Of a stretch of 64,000 bases of DNA, positions 1 through 12,828 are shown piece after piece (the first letter of the stretch is position 1; each line of letters starts with the position of its first letter). A program made the position numbers and the translations under genes. Origin of the DNA: Vicugna vicugna (Eukaryota); contig MU058423.1 of assembly GCA_013265495.1 (NCBI GenBank), positions 2,619,061-2,683,060 on the forward strand, given 5' to 3'. The notes under the pieces are model-generated. The model searched no databases. It saw only the letters and a list, made by a program, of their open reading frames with translations, and was not told the origin of the DNA.

Positions 1-1419
1 CTGCTACATAATATTTCACATTATCTCTTATTCCTGAGAAGACTTGTCCAGCCCTAATCTGTTCTGAAGTATGCTTTCCTCAGCAGAACTTCACAAAAGG
101 TTACTTAAAACCTAAACAAAGGTAAAGGAACAAGGATCTTGACCATCCTGGAAGTTAGTTCTCCAGCACACCTCACTTAAATCTTTTACTTCCTGATAGC
201 TGATATCAAGACCAACTTTCAGTTACAGGCCTCTAAGCAGCCTTGGTTTCTCTTGGGCTTGGATGGTCACAGTTATGTGAAGAGCCGCAGCTGTTTCAGG
301 GCAGATCTCTGATTTGTACTTTGAAGCCTAAAATAGAACATAAAAATTACCCGGCAGTATAGGGAAATCGCGATTAATTTTGTTCTTAAAGTCAGTATCA
401 CATATGAAAGATTTCACAAGTAGTAAGAGTAAAGGGAATTAGTAATATTTTAGGTTTATATCAATGAGTAGAGTAGGACTGTTATTTTTTTTAACATTTG
501 AAAGGGAAAAAAAATTAACTAAAGGAGATTTTTTTTTTTAACTGGATGAGAGACTAACTTACATGTAACTGTCAATATAGCAAGGAGCTCTGCAGCAGGA
601 AACTCCAGAACTATGCTAAGCTAATGGATAAATATGTAAAGCAACTAGTCAGTTCAGGCAAACAGTGTCCAAAGAAAGTCACAGCTACAAATCAGAGAAC
701 AGAGACCAGGGTATAAGAATATAAGGTGGGCAAATAAATTAGAAGAACCAGCAGTTATTTTTAAATAGTCCAAAAGGTGCATGTAACAAAACACAAACAG
801 AATACATAAGAGAATAAAAAATAAACGAGGCAAGAAAACAGTTTTTAAAAATTTGGTCCATCTATTCTTAGAATGGAGCACCTTATGAAAAACAATCCAT
901 CAGTATGATACACTGAGCTAGAGGTTTAGAATTCAAACTGTTCAAGATGAAAAAGTCATCTCAAGATCCACTTATGAATAACTGTAAAAGTTCTTGGAAT
1001 TTTCATGCCAGGAGGTGAAATCTGCTACAAGAATGAAAGTATAAGGTTAGGGAAGACTGGCCATTAAGGAGCAGAATACCTCCTCTTTACACATAGCCTA
1101 GTGGATGGCAATTCTACAGCCCAGGGTTTTAATCAGGTAGAGAAGATGTGACTATCAACAAAATAAAGCTATTGTTGCAGTCCTTCCTGCTGGGGTCTAT
1201 TTACTGTTCTTTATTTGTTAAAACTTAATTTTATTAAATGTGCTGATTTCTTAGATGGTCCAAAGCCTGGCCACCTGAATTCTGAAACATGATCCATCAC
1301 AAATCTCCAGTACTCTCCACTGAAAAGACACAAGGCAACTTTTCATTTCTTTGATTACAAACATCAACCGTTTTTCCTCCAGGCTAGTCAATACGATGTT
1401 TCATCCCTACATTCTGGCT

Positions 1420-3805
1420 CTGTTATAAGAAAAGACCTTTTATTTCAAAATACAATAGTGATTTGTAAGGCTCATGATCAGAATTATTTTTCAAAATTAT
1501 CGAACGCCAGCCTATCAGCCAAGAGTCAATCTCTGAGATGGATCCAGGAGATTTTAACTTAAGGCATATCTGAAAACCACTGACTGAAATTGTGTCCCTT
1601 TGTCATCAAGGAATGTGCATTTAGCTAAATTATTTGGGATGGTGGGTTAGGAGGTGATCTTCCTGTAAACACAAGACAAATGTAAATGGTGTAGAGGCAA
1701 AAAAGTGGACATCTGTGTTCAAATGAAAATACAAAATGCATTTCAAAATAAAATTAATTTTTTTGGATTATCTCTTATTTTGGGTTATCAACAACACCAT
1801 CCTATTAGCCTGGACTAGAGAAAGACTACAGTTAAAACAACATTCCACCAGTTCTCATTTCCAGATGATCCTACATTACAGAATACAATGAGAAAAAGAT
1901 ATACTCAAAACGAACAAGTAAGAACTATCAACCCTATTTACATTGTGGGCAGAAGTCAATCACCAATTGAAGCTGATAACTTTCTTTTTTTTAGATCCAG
2001 TTTCCCAATATTAAAAAAAATTTTTTTTGTTAGATAATACAATTATACCATCTGCATAGTTATATTTTTCCCCAAAAAGGAAAAAAAAAAAAAACCTATC
2101 AATAAAGGCACTGAAGTGCTGTGGCTTGCTTTCTGAACCAGCTTTGATGACCACCAACCTTTTTTTTAAAAACTAATGAAAGGTCACATCAAAAGATGAA
2201 ATGGAATCCAATCCAAAAAGATTGGATCTCAGAAGGCACTGCTTAACTGATCTGGAATGCTCAACATGCATTCTCTTCATTTGCCTTCCTCCAATGGACC
2301 ATTCAGTATTTGATGACATTTGCTGTACATTGTACAAAAGGACCTGTAGGCTGAGTTGAATAAAGCTCTCTACACAATCAAAATGTAAATCTGGAAAATG
2401 GGTTATGACTACAGATCACTTACACAGATATGACATAAGACCTTCAGTCAGGCCGAGATTCAACAATACTATTACACCGAAAAGACTAGACCTTAGGAAC
2501 CCTTCTACCTAAACCCATTCTCAGACAAAGGCCAAAGCACACTCAGCAGGGGCAAAAAAAAATTAAAATTAAAAAAAAAACAGAAGAAAATATTTCCAGA
2601 AAGGACTAGTTACAAACAGGAACAAACCTGGACTCTTTACTCACCATTTTAATACTGCTGCCAACTATAACAGATTAAAATCTGTACACACGGCAAAGTG
2701 GAAAAAAGTCCCCAAATCAATAGTTTCAGCAAAAGAAGGTACTGACTAAGGATCACTACAATTAACATTGCTACAGTGAAAACAATGGCAAACAGGGATT
2801 TGGCACCACATTGACAAAGTAAAAGCATGCACTGTTAATACACTTTAGATGTTTCCCAACAGAAAAGGTCATGGAAGATGGAAAACAAGGGGCATCTTTT
2901 ACAAAACTCCCTATAACTGAGACAAACAAGCAAGATTCAAAGTGGTCAATTTAGCAAATACGTAGCAGCAAAGTCACTAGTTCTGTTTCGAATTTTGTAA
3001 TTTGCATTTCTAATTGACAGCTGCCCTCGGTGCAGCTGTATCTGAGAAGTTGACTTTATCATACTATATAGTATTTATCTAGTAATTTGGTAATCAGCTT
3101 AAACCAGGTCAACCTTTAACCGTAAGTTTAAAAAAAAAAAAAGAGAGCTAGAATCCTATTACAGAACTCTTCAATGTAATTACCATTTAGAAACCATAAT
3201 GGTACTTGGAACAGTATAGTGACATAAATTTCATCCAAAAAAGCTGTAGAGCCCCAATAATTGTAAAGAATTAAGTAATTATGGAAATACTATATTCTGA
3301 CCATACCAAGAGTTAAAAACAAACAGTTCCTACTAAGAGGAATATTTTCAAGATGATCTGGTCACATCATGTGCATAGTTAAGATTGTTTGTGTTTTAAT
3401 AAAGATTCTTTTGCAAAGAAATAAAATTTAGTGAAGTTATTCTTCCCTTGATGAAAAAAAAAACTTTAAAAATGAACTACTGGTGGTTTGTTAAGAAGGG
3501 AAAAAAAAAATAAGCTACATATTGAAGTTCTGGAATGCAGCACCTCAACTTCACATCTGCCCTAAACATTTGTGATTGTGAAATCCAAGTGATGTATTGA
3601 TGACTGAATCATACTTTACAGTTGTTCCAATTCCAATGTCTGACTTTAGCATCTCGTGTCAATTAAGAGTTCCCTAATACAGAAGATTGTGCTAAAGAGT
3701 GCTAAGATTCTGCATGCTGCTGCCATTCCCTGGTCCCGTTCATGCTTGCAGCTGCCCAATGAGACAGCAAAAGAAGTCTGGTCTCAACACTCCACACTGT
3801 AATAA
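1420..3805 (-). other. GNAI3: GNAI3 non-coding terminal exon (3' UTR); 3' end uncertain
   Basis: Acceptor TTCTTCTTTTCTAG at 3806. U-rich and largely repeat-free. Candidate minus-strand poly(A) signals: ATTAAA 2648-2653, AATAAA 1439-1444, further AATAAA near 1210-1235. Confidence 0.7.
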
Positions 3806-3917
3806 CTAGAAAAGAAGAACATTTGTAATTAGAAAAAGTTTACAAAGTCAAGAGACATCACTACATCACTCTAAATAAACTGTCTAAAGCTTTACCTTTT
3901 ATCAATATCCATACTCT

Positions 3918-4130
<213 letters not shown>

Positions 4131-5309
4131 TCAGTTCAAATTATTACAGCTGCCTAGAGTCAACTAAGTTAGGCCATCACCATTTACTTATGGAGAGAGG
4201 GAACATGACCCAAATGAATATAAATAGATTTCTACTTTTCTACAATCATATTCTCCTTGAGAGTAATGATGATGGCATTAACAATTTCGCTTACTCATAA
4301 GTAAAACAAAATTATCACAAAGATTCAGAAAAAAAAACTTTTCTGTTTCTCTTTCATTTAGAATTTTTAGCTAAAAAAATCTAGAAAGTATAAAAGGAAA
4401 CTAGGGAGGATGCATTTCTAGAAGAACACAACTGTTTAAAAGGTCAGAGAACGTGTGTTCCTTGGAGTGATGCTGAAATAAACAATTCAAAACAGTAAGC
4501 CGGACTTCTTTTCAAAATCATTCCAATTTTAAGGAGTTTAACCTCAGAGTCTTAAGGCAATCATTTAAATAACCAAAGGTAAACCAGCAGATGCAAAAAG
4601 GGAAAGGGACCTGAATTCTACACTTTTAAATGGTGAATTTTATGGTATGTGAATTGTATTTCAATAAATCTGTTATTTTTTCAAATGAGAGGACCCAAAA
4701 GTAAACCCTATTTCCAACAACATTTGTAATTAGCACTCTTAATTGCCTGCTTCCTACACCAGCTTGTCTATAGTGAGCCTTCAGAACAGCCTGAGGGAAT
4801 CTCAAAGACAATACACACAGTCATTCCTCTGAACTAGGGGCTGTTTTCAGTGACATTAAGCATGACAAAAAATAACAAGTAAGCATATAAAGAAGACTAA
4901 GTAACAAAAGCTTAAGAAAGAAATGACTATTATTTAAACAGAATATTTAAAGAACCGAAGGAAGACTGTTTGGTAGATGCTTGAAATAGCCTGAGGCTTC
5001 TTTGTTATGTGTGAAGATTCCCTGCTGAACATTAACGTCAATCCTTTTACTTGTCTTAAGTAAGATTTCTCTCCCATCCTAGAACTTGGCTACTTTCTAT
5101 ACTTACCCAATTCTCATCTCCCTTCTCACTCTGAACAGATGACCACATTTCTAACTTCCTCAAGAAAACAGAGGTCATAGGACTTTAAACTATATCTCAA
5201 TTTTTTAGCCCACAACCTCGCTTAAAAAGTTACCTGTATCTGCACTCATTTGTACCTTTGGTCTTAGAGATGTCTTCTTTCTGGTTCAAAATTCAATTGC
5301 TCTGTCTAG

Positions 5310-5700
5310 ACTCTTTTTTCAAAAGTTGAAATGAAAGTTACATAAGTTTGCAATACAGTGTCATTTAGTTTATTTATATGTTATGCAATCATCACGTCTC
5401 TCTAGTTTCAAACTTTTCCACCACTCCAGAAAAACACCCCATTCCCATTAAGTAATCTTTCCCCATTTCCCTTTGCACCAATATCCTGAGTTAATCTCCA
5501 ACCAATCTGCCTTCTGTCTGTAAAGATTTGTCTATTTTGGGTATATCACATAAAAGGAATCATATAAAAGTGTGAACTTTTCTGTTTGGCTTCTCTCATT
5601 TAGTATGTTTATGAGGTTCATTGAATTTGTAGCATTATCAGTACTTTGTTCTATTTTAGTGCCAACGAACACTGTACAGACATACCATGATATGTTTATC
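5310..5700 (-). mobile_element. Old L1M 3' fragment, antisense, inside an L2 remnant
   Basis: ATCTGCCTTCTGTCTGTAAAGATTTGTCTATTTTGG...GGAATCATA...GGCTTCTCTCATTTAGTATGTTT. Confidence 0.7.
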
Positions 5701-6459
5701 CATTTATCCTACCTACTCTTGATTCCTTCTCTTCCCACCTGCTTACAAATCTTGCTCCATCAGTTACATCCACTTTGTGTAACTTCTTTTTTGCTTCAGT
5801 ATCTGACCTGTAAGTCTATAAACATTTTCAGATCCCTCCTTCCCCTGTAATCTAAGCTGCTCAAAAGCAGGCTATCCTTCTCTTCATTTCCTCACTTCCC
5901 ACTCAGTAACTCACTGTTTCTGGCTCTACTCTCATCATTCCACTGATAATGCTCCCCGTAACAGTCAACAATCTCCTGATTGCTAACTCAAGGGGCCATT
6001 TTCAAAATGTTATTTTATTTATTTGCACATGATATTGTTCACCACTCCTCAAACTATCCTCTTAGCTTGATACTTTGGCTTTCCAGACTCTTCTCTTTGT
6101 ATCCTATACAAACTTTCCTTTCTCTCCTGCCAACAGAAGCTGGTACTCTCATTCTATTCTTTTCTCTCCTTATTCTGTATAATCGCGCTAGGTCATCTCA
6201 TCCATTTCCATGTTTTATTTACACATGATCCCAAATCAATACCTGTTACTAACCCATAACCTCTCCCCAAGCTCCAAGGCCACATATATAACTACTTATT
6301 AGATATCTCCATCTGGATTTTCCACAGATACTTCAAAACCAACATTCCTAAATAGGAATTCAGATCACGGTACCAGCCCTCAATCAAGACAGAACTCTGG
6401 AATACTTTTGACTCTTCTCACTTCCTTACCCTAGCTACACCTTTCATCTTGTTATACCA

Positions 6460-6950
6460 AGCATTTAATGTCTGCTCAACTAACAACAGCTCTCCTTTCC
6501 TGGAAATACTCAACTCTGATCTAAAGGACACAGGGTACAACCCTGGCACTCACATTTCTATCTCTGACCTTGACTGACTGACTACAGAAAGGGTTTTTGT
6601 GACATCACCTTGGCCAGAATCTCTCTCTCAGGAATTTGAACCTCACACCAACCAACCCTAGTCTAGCCTGGTGTTTTAAATGGAAGAGACACAGAAACTG
6701 TAGCAGGGCCAACGTTTCACATAAACCAAGTAGCAGAGAAAATTAGTAAGGAGAGAATGAATAGACAATATAGAGAGAAGGAGAGAAAAAGAGATGGGGA
6801 AAGAGGTGCTTCCAGAGTTCTTGACAGCTTTCTATTTCCTAATTCTAACTGCATCCTTAAGAACCATCTGCATTCTGTCTGTGACTAATATGATATATCC
6901 TTGTATCATCACCAGAAGTTTCTATCTGCATCCTAAGAGAGTCCTATTTC
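6460..6950. mobile_element. Degraded ERVL-type LTR remnant (LTR33/LTR16-like); similar remnants at ~27170-27780 and ~30620-31150
   Basis: Shared degenerate motifs CTCTCTCAGGAATTTGAA / TTCCCAGGAACTTGGAA with a purine-rich core; the family assignment is weak. Confidence 0.4.
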
Positions 6951-7350
6951 AACTCCCCTAATATCTATATTGCCATTCATCACATAATCTTTCTAAAGCA
7001 CAGTTTCTACTACATCATGTACCCCAATGAAAATCCTTCAGTAGCTCCCCACTGTCTCAGCAAGAGACACAATGCCCTCCATGGCCATCCCTGCCCACTC
7101 CTCCCCACCACTTAAAGTTCCAGCAATATCAAACTCCTCCTAGGTTCCAGAACAAATCATGTCATTTTTTAACTTCATAATTATTCATATACACTATTCC
7201 CTCTTTCTAAAATGTTTTTATTTCCCCATCTGCCTGATGATTTCTAGTTCATCCTGTTACATCTCACTCCAAGTGTCATTTCCTCTAGAAAAAGACTACA
7301 TTGATCTCATTGAGGTAACCACTTCTTTTGCTCTTCTATTAATGAACATT

Positions 7351-7390
7351 TTATATTAAAAGGAAATTCTTTATACTAAAAGGAAATTCT
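7351..7390. repeat. 20-bp tandem duplication TTATAYTAAAAGGAAATTCT x2
   Basis: Directly visible, one mismatch. Confidence 0.85.
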
Positions 7391-7722
7391 CTCTTTCTAC
7401 AACTAATGTCAGATTCCTGAGTATAACAAGAATCTGCATTTTACCCTTGTATTTTATGAATATATTTACACCAAATTTTGATTTTTATCTTTCTCTAGTT
7501 GCCTCAAAAAATGGAGAGGAATATAAAATAAACACTGTAAACTCAATTATGTCTGGAATAGCACTTTAGACTTAAGGGGTCTTAATCACATGCTTAATGT
7601 TAATACCACCACCAGTGAACACTTTCCCTAAGGAGAACCACACATTGTTCAAAACAAAAGACAAGTTGTAGAAAGCACTAAAATTTGGATCTAACATGTG
7701 TACCTCCAACAAAAATTTTTCA

Positions 7723-7941
<219 letters not shown>

Positions 7942-8303
7942 TCATGAAAAAAACAGACCAACAGGTTTTAAAAGCACTGAATCACAGAAACAAGTCAGAC
8001 ACTGATAACACAAAAGCTGAGTCAGCCCTCATTTCTGTAATTCTTGGAGGTTGAAAGGTGGGTGTAAGGACTGGCTAACAAGGGGACTTAATCCTGCCCA
8101 CATACACAATGTGTTGTCCTATCTCTTATGCGTTGATAGGACATGGATCAATGTTTTGCAAATCTAATCAGAATGACAAGGAGAAAAAGTAAGGATATTA
8201 AGTTTTGGTTCAATGAGTAAATGGATGCACAAAGTCTTCCTAAGGGTTATTTTCCATTTTCTGCCTACATTAGACCTTTTATTTACCAGAAGCTCCAACA
8301 TAC

Positions 8304-8433
8304 CATTTCCTCGTCCTCAGCCAGAACAAGGTCATAATCGCTGAGAGCCACACAGAAGATAATTGCTGTCACTCCCTCAAAACAGTGAATCCACTTTTTT
8401 CGTTCTGATCTTTGGCCACCTACATCAAACATC
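8304..8433 (-). CDS. GNAI3: GNAI3 coding exon 6 ([43 protein letters not shown])
   Basis: Lies within ORF 8283..8567; acceptor CTCAG, donor GTATG; 130 nt. Confidence 0.97.
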
Positions 8434-8469
8434 CTGAGTACGGGGAAAGAAAGCACAATTTCAACAAGG

Positions 8470-8521
8470 TCTCTTTCTCTCTCTCTCTCTCTTCCTCTCT
8501 CTCTCACACACACATACACAC
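8470..8521. repeat. Compound (CT)n(CA)n microsatellite just upstream of the GNAI3 exon 6 acceptor
   Basis: Directly visible. Confidence 0.9.
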
Positions 8522-8849
8522 CCCTTCCTAAACTGAAATGGTTAGGTGATTTCTTACTATTGCACATTCAAAACCCTGTTTATAATAAAAAAAAAAAAAG
8601 ACAAACAAGGAGCAGATAAAACATAATAAAAATAATTATCTGTGGTTAAATGTAAAAGAGAACATAATGAGAAAATTAAATTAAGAATGAAAAATTCTCA
8701 TTTTAGATAAATAGTTGAGCTTCCTCATAATCAAAGCTTATATCAGACGTGCCAAAAGTCAGCAGAGTAAGCACTGAATGGATTAAAGGAGGGAAAAAAG
8801 ACAGGAAAAATGAAAAGCTGAGTAATACAACTTAGGATAGTAACAATAA

Positions 8850-9080
8850 TAATAACAACTAATATTTACTGTGTGTTTACTGGTGGCAGACACTACCCTG
8901 AACACCCTAAATTACAGTGACTAATTTAACCCTCGTAACACTCCTGTCAGCAGTATTATTTTCCCCATTTTACAGATGAAGAAATTAAGGCACAGATGTT
9001 AAATAATTTGCCCACTACAAGAGATGGAGACTGGAACTCTAACTCCAGCACCAAAGCTCTTATCCACAGCACCACTCTAC
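8850..9080. mobile_element. MIR SINE
   Basis: Core CCCCATTTTACAGATGAAGAAATTAAGGCACAG. Confidence 0.8.
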
Positions 9081-10654
9081 CTCTCAAAATGGTTTATCTC
9101 TTTATTAAAAAGGAAAATGAAAAAATATAAATCCTCAACTTGCATTCTACTTCCATAGCTCTACCAATTCAAAAGTTTGTCTCCTTACTTTTTGTTTCTT
9201 TCTTTAAAAAAAAAATTGAGGTATAATTGAGATTATTTTCTTTACTTTAAGGAAGACATATTAGATTAATTATGGAAAAAAGTAAATTATATTTTATGGT
9301 AGGACTCTACAAACCCAGTATCTAAACACAAAACTTAACCAGTATTTCCCAACTCCAAGTCTTATTTTAACATAATTAATAACAAAGTCTCAATTGTTCA
9401 CACACTTTATGTTCCACTCCAGATTAGTTTTAGTCCACTACTCCCTTCTGGGTGGCTTACTTGATATCCTGAGTCAACTGCTGAACTTCTGACAGCAGTG
9501 TCCTTAACTACCTCCTGTTGTAAAAGGAGAACCTGCACTGCCTTGTCTTTTAGCTGGTACTAGGGTCTGAGGAGGTACGCGGACAAATGGTTAGATACTC
9601 TTAAGACATATGTTTTATGACAATGATAACATTTTCAAAGGTTAAACTCTGCCAAGCTGGTTCAGTGTGTCAGATCTACAGTGACTAGGGGTCTATTTCC
9701 AGAGAATCTTCCCTCTAGAGGTTGACAGAAATAAGACATAGTTGAGTAATTTCTCAATGTATATTTGAAAGAGAACAGTCGTCTCAATTTTTCACGACCC
9801 AACTTTTTCTTTTCGCTACTCTTACCCAGTTCTTTTCAACCATTAATCATGGCACCTGAAATGAGGCAATCTGTCACAAGTTGGCCTTAATATAAGGTCA
9901 TATTATTGGTTTTAGGAAAGCTAACATCATATATTTCACCATTCATCTTTCAAGAGGAGACACACACTGGTACACCAGCAATTTCAGTTTGCTCCTCCAT
10001 TTCTTTCTATGAAGTTCATAAAATTGATAGAACACTGTGAAGTTCCCAAGGTGGGCTTTTAGCACATATTAACATTTACAGTACCATTCACTAACATATC
10101 AACATTTTATAAACATTACCTCATAACTGAGAGGCAAGTAAGCAATTACACAATGCCTTGCATATAGCAGATGCTCAATAAATGACTGAATAAATGGATA
10201 GTGGTTTTGCCTAGAGAGAAGAGGAAAAGGAAGAAGTGATAGTACTTCGTAATCAGATATCTACATGCCAACAACAAAGTGGGTGCAGCACCTTTATAAG
10301 ATTTGGCTATTGATCCTGACATAAGAACAGTAGGATTTACCTAACTAAAGATTAATTTATGACAACATCAACAAAAAATTTTCCCACACTAAATAAATAA
10401 AGGCGACAATGTAAATTACACACTGATTACTAATCTGACAGCACCCAGGGACACCTCACTCAGTCTCACAGCTGATCATCTATGGAGCCTCTGCCACTCT
10501 CGTTAAGCAAATTCATCAGCACTAACGATAAGCAGCTCTTCTAGTCTAAAAATACTCAGCAGAACTGCTATTTTCCTGCACCAGGTCTCAAATCTGTATT
10601 GCTGTATTAAGATTTCAAAGCCTCAAGCTAACATTAAATAAAAAAAAAACCACA

Positions 10655-11330
10655 CCTACAAATAACAAATGTCAATGAAGATATGGAGACAAGGAAACCT
10701 TGTATGCTGTTGGTGGGAACGTGAATTGGTGCAGCCACTGTGGAAAACAGTATGGAAGTTTCTCAAAAAACTGAAAGTAGAACTGCCATATCACCCAGCA
10801 ATTCCACTCCTCAGTATATAGTCAAAAAACCCCAAAAACACTAATTCAAAAAGATACATGCACCCCCAACGTTCATAGCAACATTATTTACAATTGTGAA
10901 CACATAGAAGCAACCTAAGTGTCCATCAGCAGATGAATGGGTAACAAAGATGTGTTATATATATACAATGGACTACTACTTAGCCATAGAAAAGAATGCA
11001 ATAATGCCATTTGCAGCAACACTGATGGACTCAGAGGGCAGTGTGCTAAGTGAAATAAGTCAGACAGAGAAAGACAAATATTCATGGTATTACTTATATG
11101 TGGAATCTAAAAAATACAACAAATAGTGAATATAGGAAAAAAGAAGCAGACTCACAAATAAAGAGAACTAGTGGTTACCAGTTGAGGGTAGGGAGTGGGA
11201 AGTACAAACTACTGGGCGTAAGATAGGCTCAAGAATGTATTGTACAACACGGGGAATATAGCCAATGTATTGTAATAACTGTATCTGGAAAGCAACTTTT
11301 AAAAACTGTGTAATTTTTTAAATTAAAAAA
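10655..11330 (+). mobile_element. 5'-truncated LINE-1 (end of ORF2 plus 3' UTR)
   Basis: L1 hallmarks TGTTGGTGGGAACGTGAATTGGTGCAGCCACTGTGGAAAACAGTATGGA, CCCAGCAATTCCACTCC, GCCATTTGCAGCAAC, CTAAGTGAAATAAGTCAGACAGAGAAAGACAAATA. Confidence 0.9.
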
Positions 11331-12333
11331 CAGATATCAAGACATCAACTAGTATCTAGTAATACCTAAACTCAGTGTAGATTTTGCAAATCCTGTGAAG
11401 CAATTTTTTTCAGAGAAAAGAAAACAGAGTATCTCAGCTAGAAGCTACATTTGCATGCAACAATGCTGAATATCACATTCTACAAAGATACTGAGGCAGC
11501 TAAAAAGGATATATCGTATATTGAAGAGGGAAAGTTTATTCCTATCTCAAAGGTCACAAAAGCAGAAAACAGGAACCAAAAAGACAGTTCTATTATTTAC
11601 AAAGGACCATTAACAGAGACAAGCTAAAGCCTATTTCAGAATTACTAATGCTGATGAGAAAATCCTCTGTTCAGAGGATTTTCTGTCTAAAACAGTAATT
11701 GTTTATATGTCATAACTCCCCAAAATATCTTTATTTCCCAGATCAATATTCCATTCTGCACTGTATTAAGAACTTAGTTGTACATGATACTGTGCACAAA
11801 TCAGTCAAAGGCCATGACAATATTAGCTCTGTTCCATTAAACTTAAAGGGAAGTGCAATACAAAAAGAAGGGACTGACACTGGTGAAAAAAGCATTTCTA
11901 TTTTAATATCAAAATGCCAGAGCAAAGCCACATAACTAAACCAAAACACTGGCTTTCTATCCTTTTAGTATTGTTGTTACCCTTCTACACAACAAACATT
12001 CAATACCTGTTGTGGTGATTCCAAAAAAAAGCAGCTGAAAAGAATAAAATTAAAATAAAATAAATTGGTAATCATATGATTGCTTTTATTGATACATTAC
12101 AATTTAATTTTGAATTTAAATTCCTCCAAATGGACACAAATATTTGATGCTATCTGGGGAAAGAAGAAATGTTTGGGCCCCGATTCAGTTAAAACAGGCA
12201 AACACTGGCTGATGAATATGATAAGTTTCTAAATCAAGGAATACTGCTTAGAGAAACTTTATCCCGATGAAGAGAAACTAACTAAAGGAAAGATACTTGT
12301 GTTTGGCATATCTAGAAAAAGGCTAATGACTTA

Positions 12334-12507
<174 letters not shown>

Positions 12508-12645
12508 TCATGTGCACAGCAAGTCACCTGAATAAATAAGTTTCTTGCCAAAAGTAGATTCTGAACCTCTCTAAAGTGGCAGAACAAATCAGATCATCAA
12601 TGCCACAGAAATGATAATGAGAAAAAAATGTGAACCAAGCACAGG

Positions 12646-12706
12646 ACAATATACACTATATACACTATACAGAATATACAATATACACTACATACACTAC
12701 ACAGAA
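12646..12706. repeat. Tandem duplication, 32-bp period (ACAATATACACTAYATACACTAYACAGAA x2)
   Basis: Copies at 12646-12674 and 12678-12706 with two T/C differences. Confidence 0.85.
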
Positions 12707-12728
12707 GCGGTTTTAATTCTACCAAAAT

Positions 12729-12828
12729 TGGGGGTGAGTATAGTTCAGTGGTAGAGTGCATGTTTAGTACGTATGAGGTCCTGGGTTCAATTCCTAGAAC
12801 TTACATTAAAAAAAAAGGGAGGGGTTGC
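12729..12828 (+). mobile_element. tRNA-derived SINE (camelid Vic-1-like), short form, in GNAI3 intron 4
   Basis: A-box TAGTTCAGTGG, B-box GGTTCAATTCC, A-tail; 17-bp TSD TTTAATTCTACCAAAAT at 12712-12728 and 12829-12845. Confidence 0.85.

Noticed and set aside
12729..12810. tRNA-like sequences here and at 37905-37980
   Set aside because: A-tails and TSDs identify them as SINEs, and the acceptor stem is not intact.
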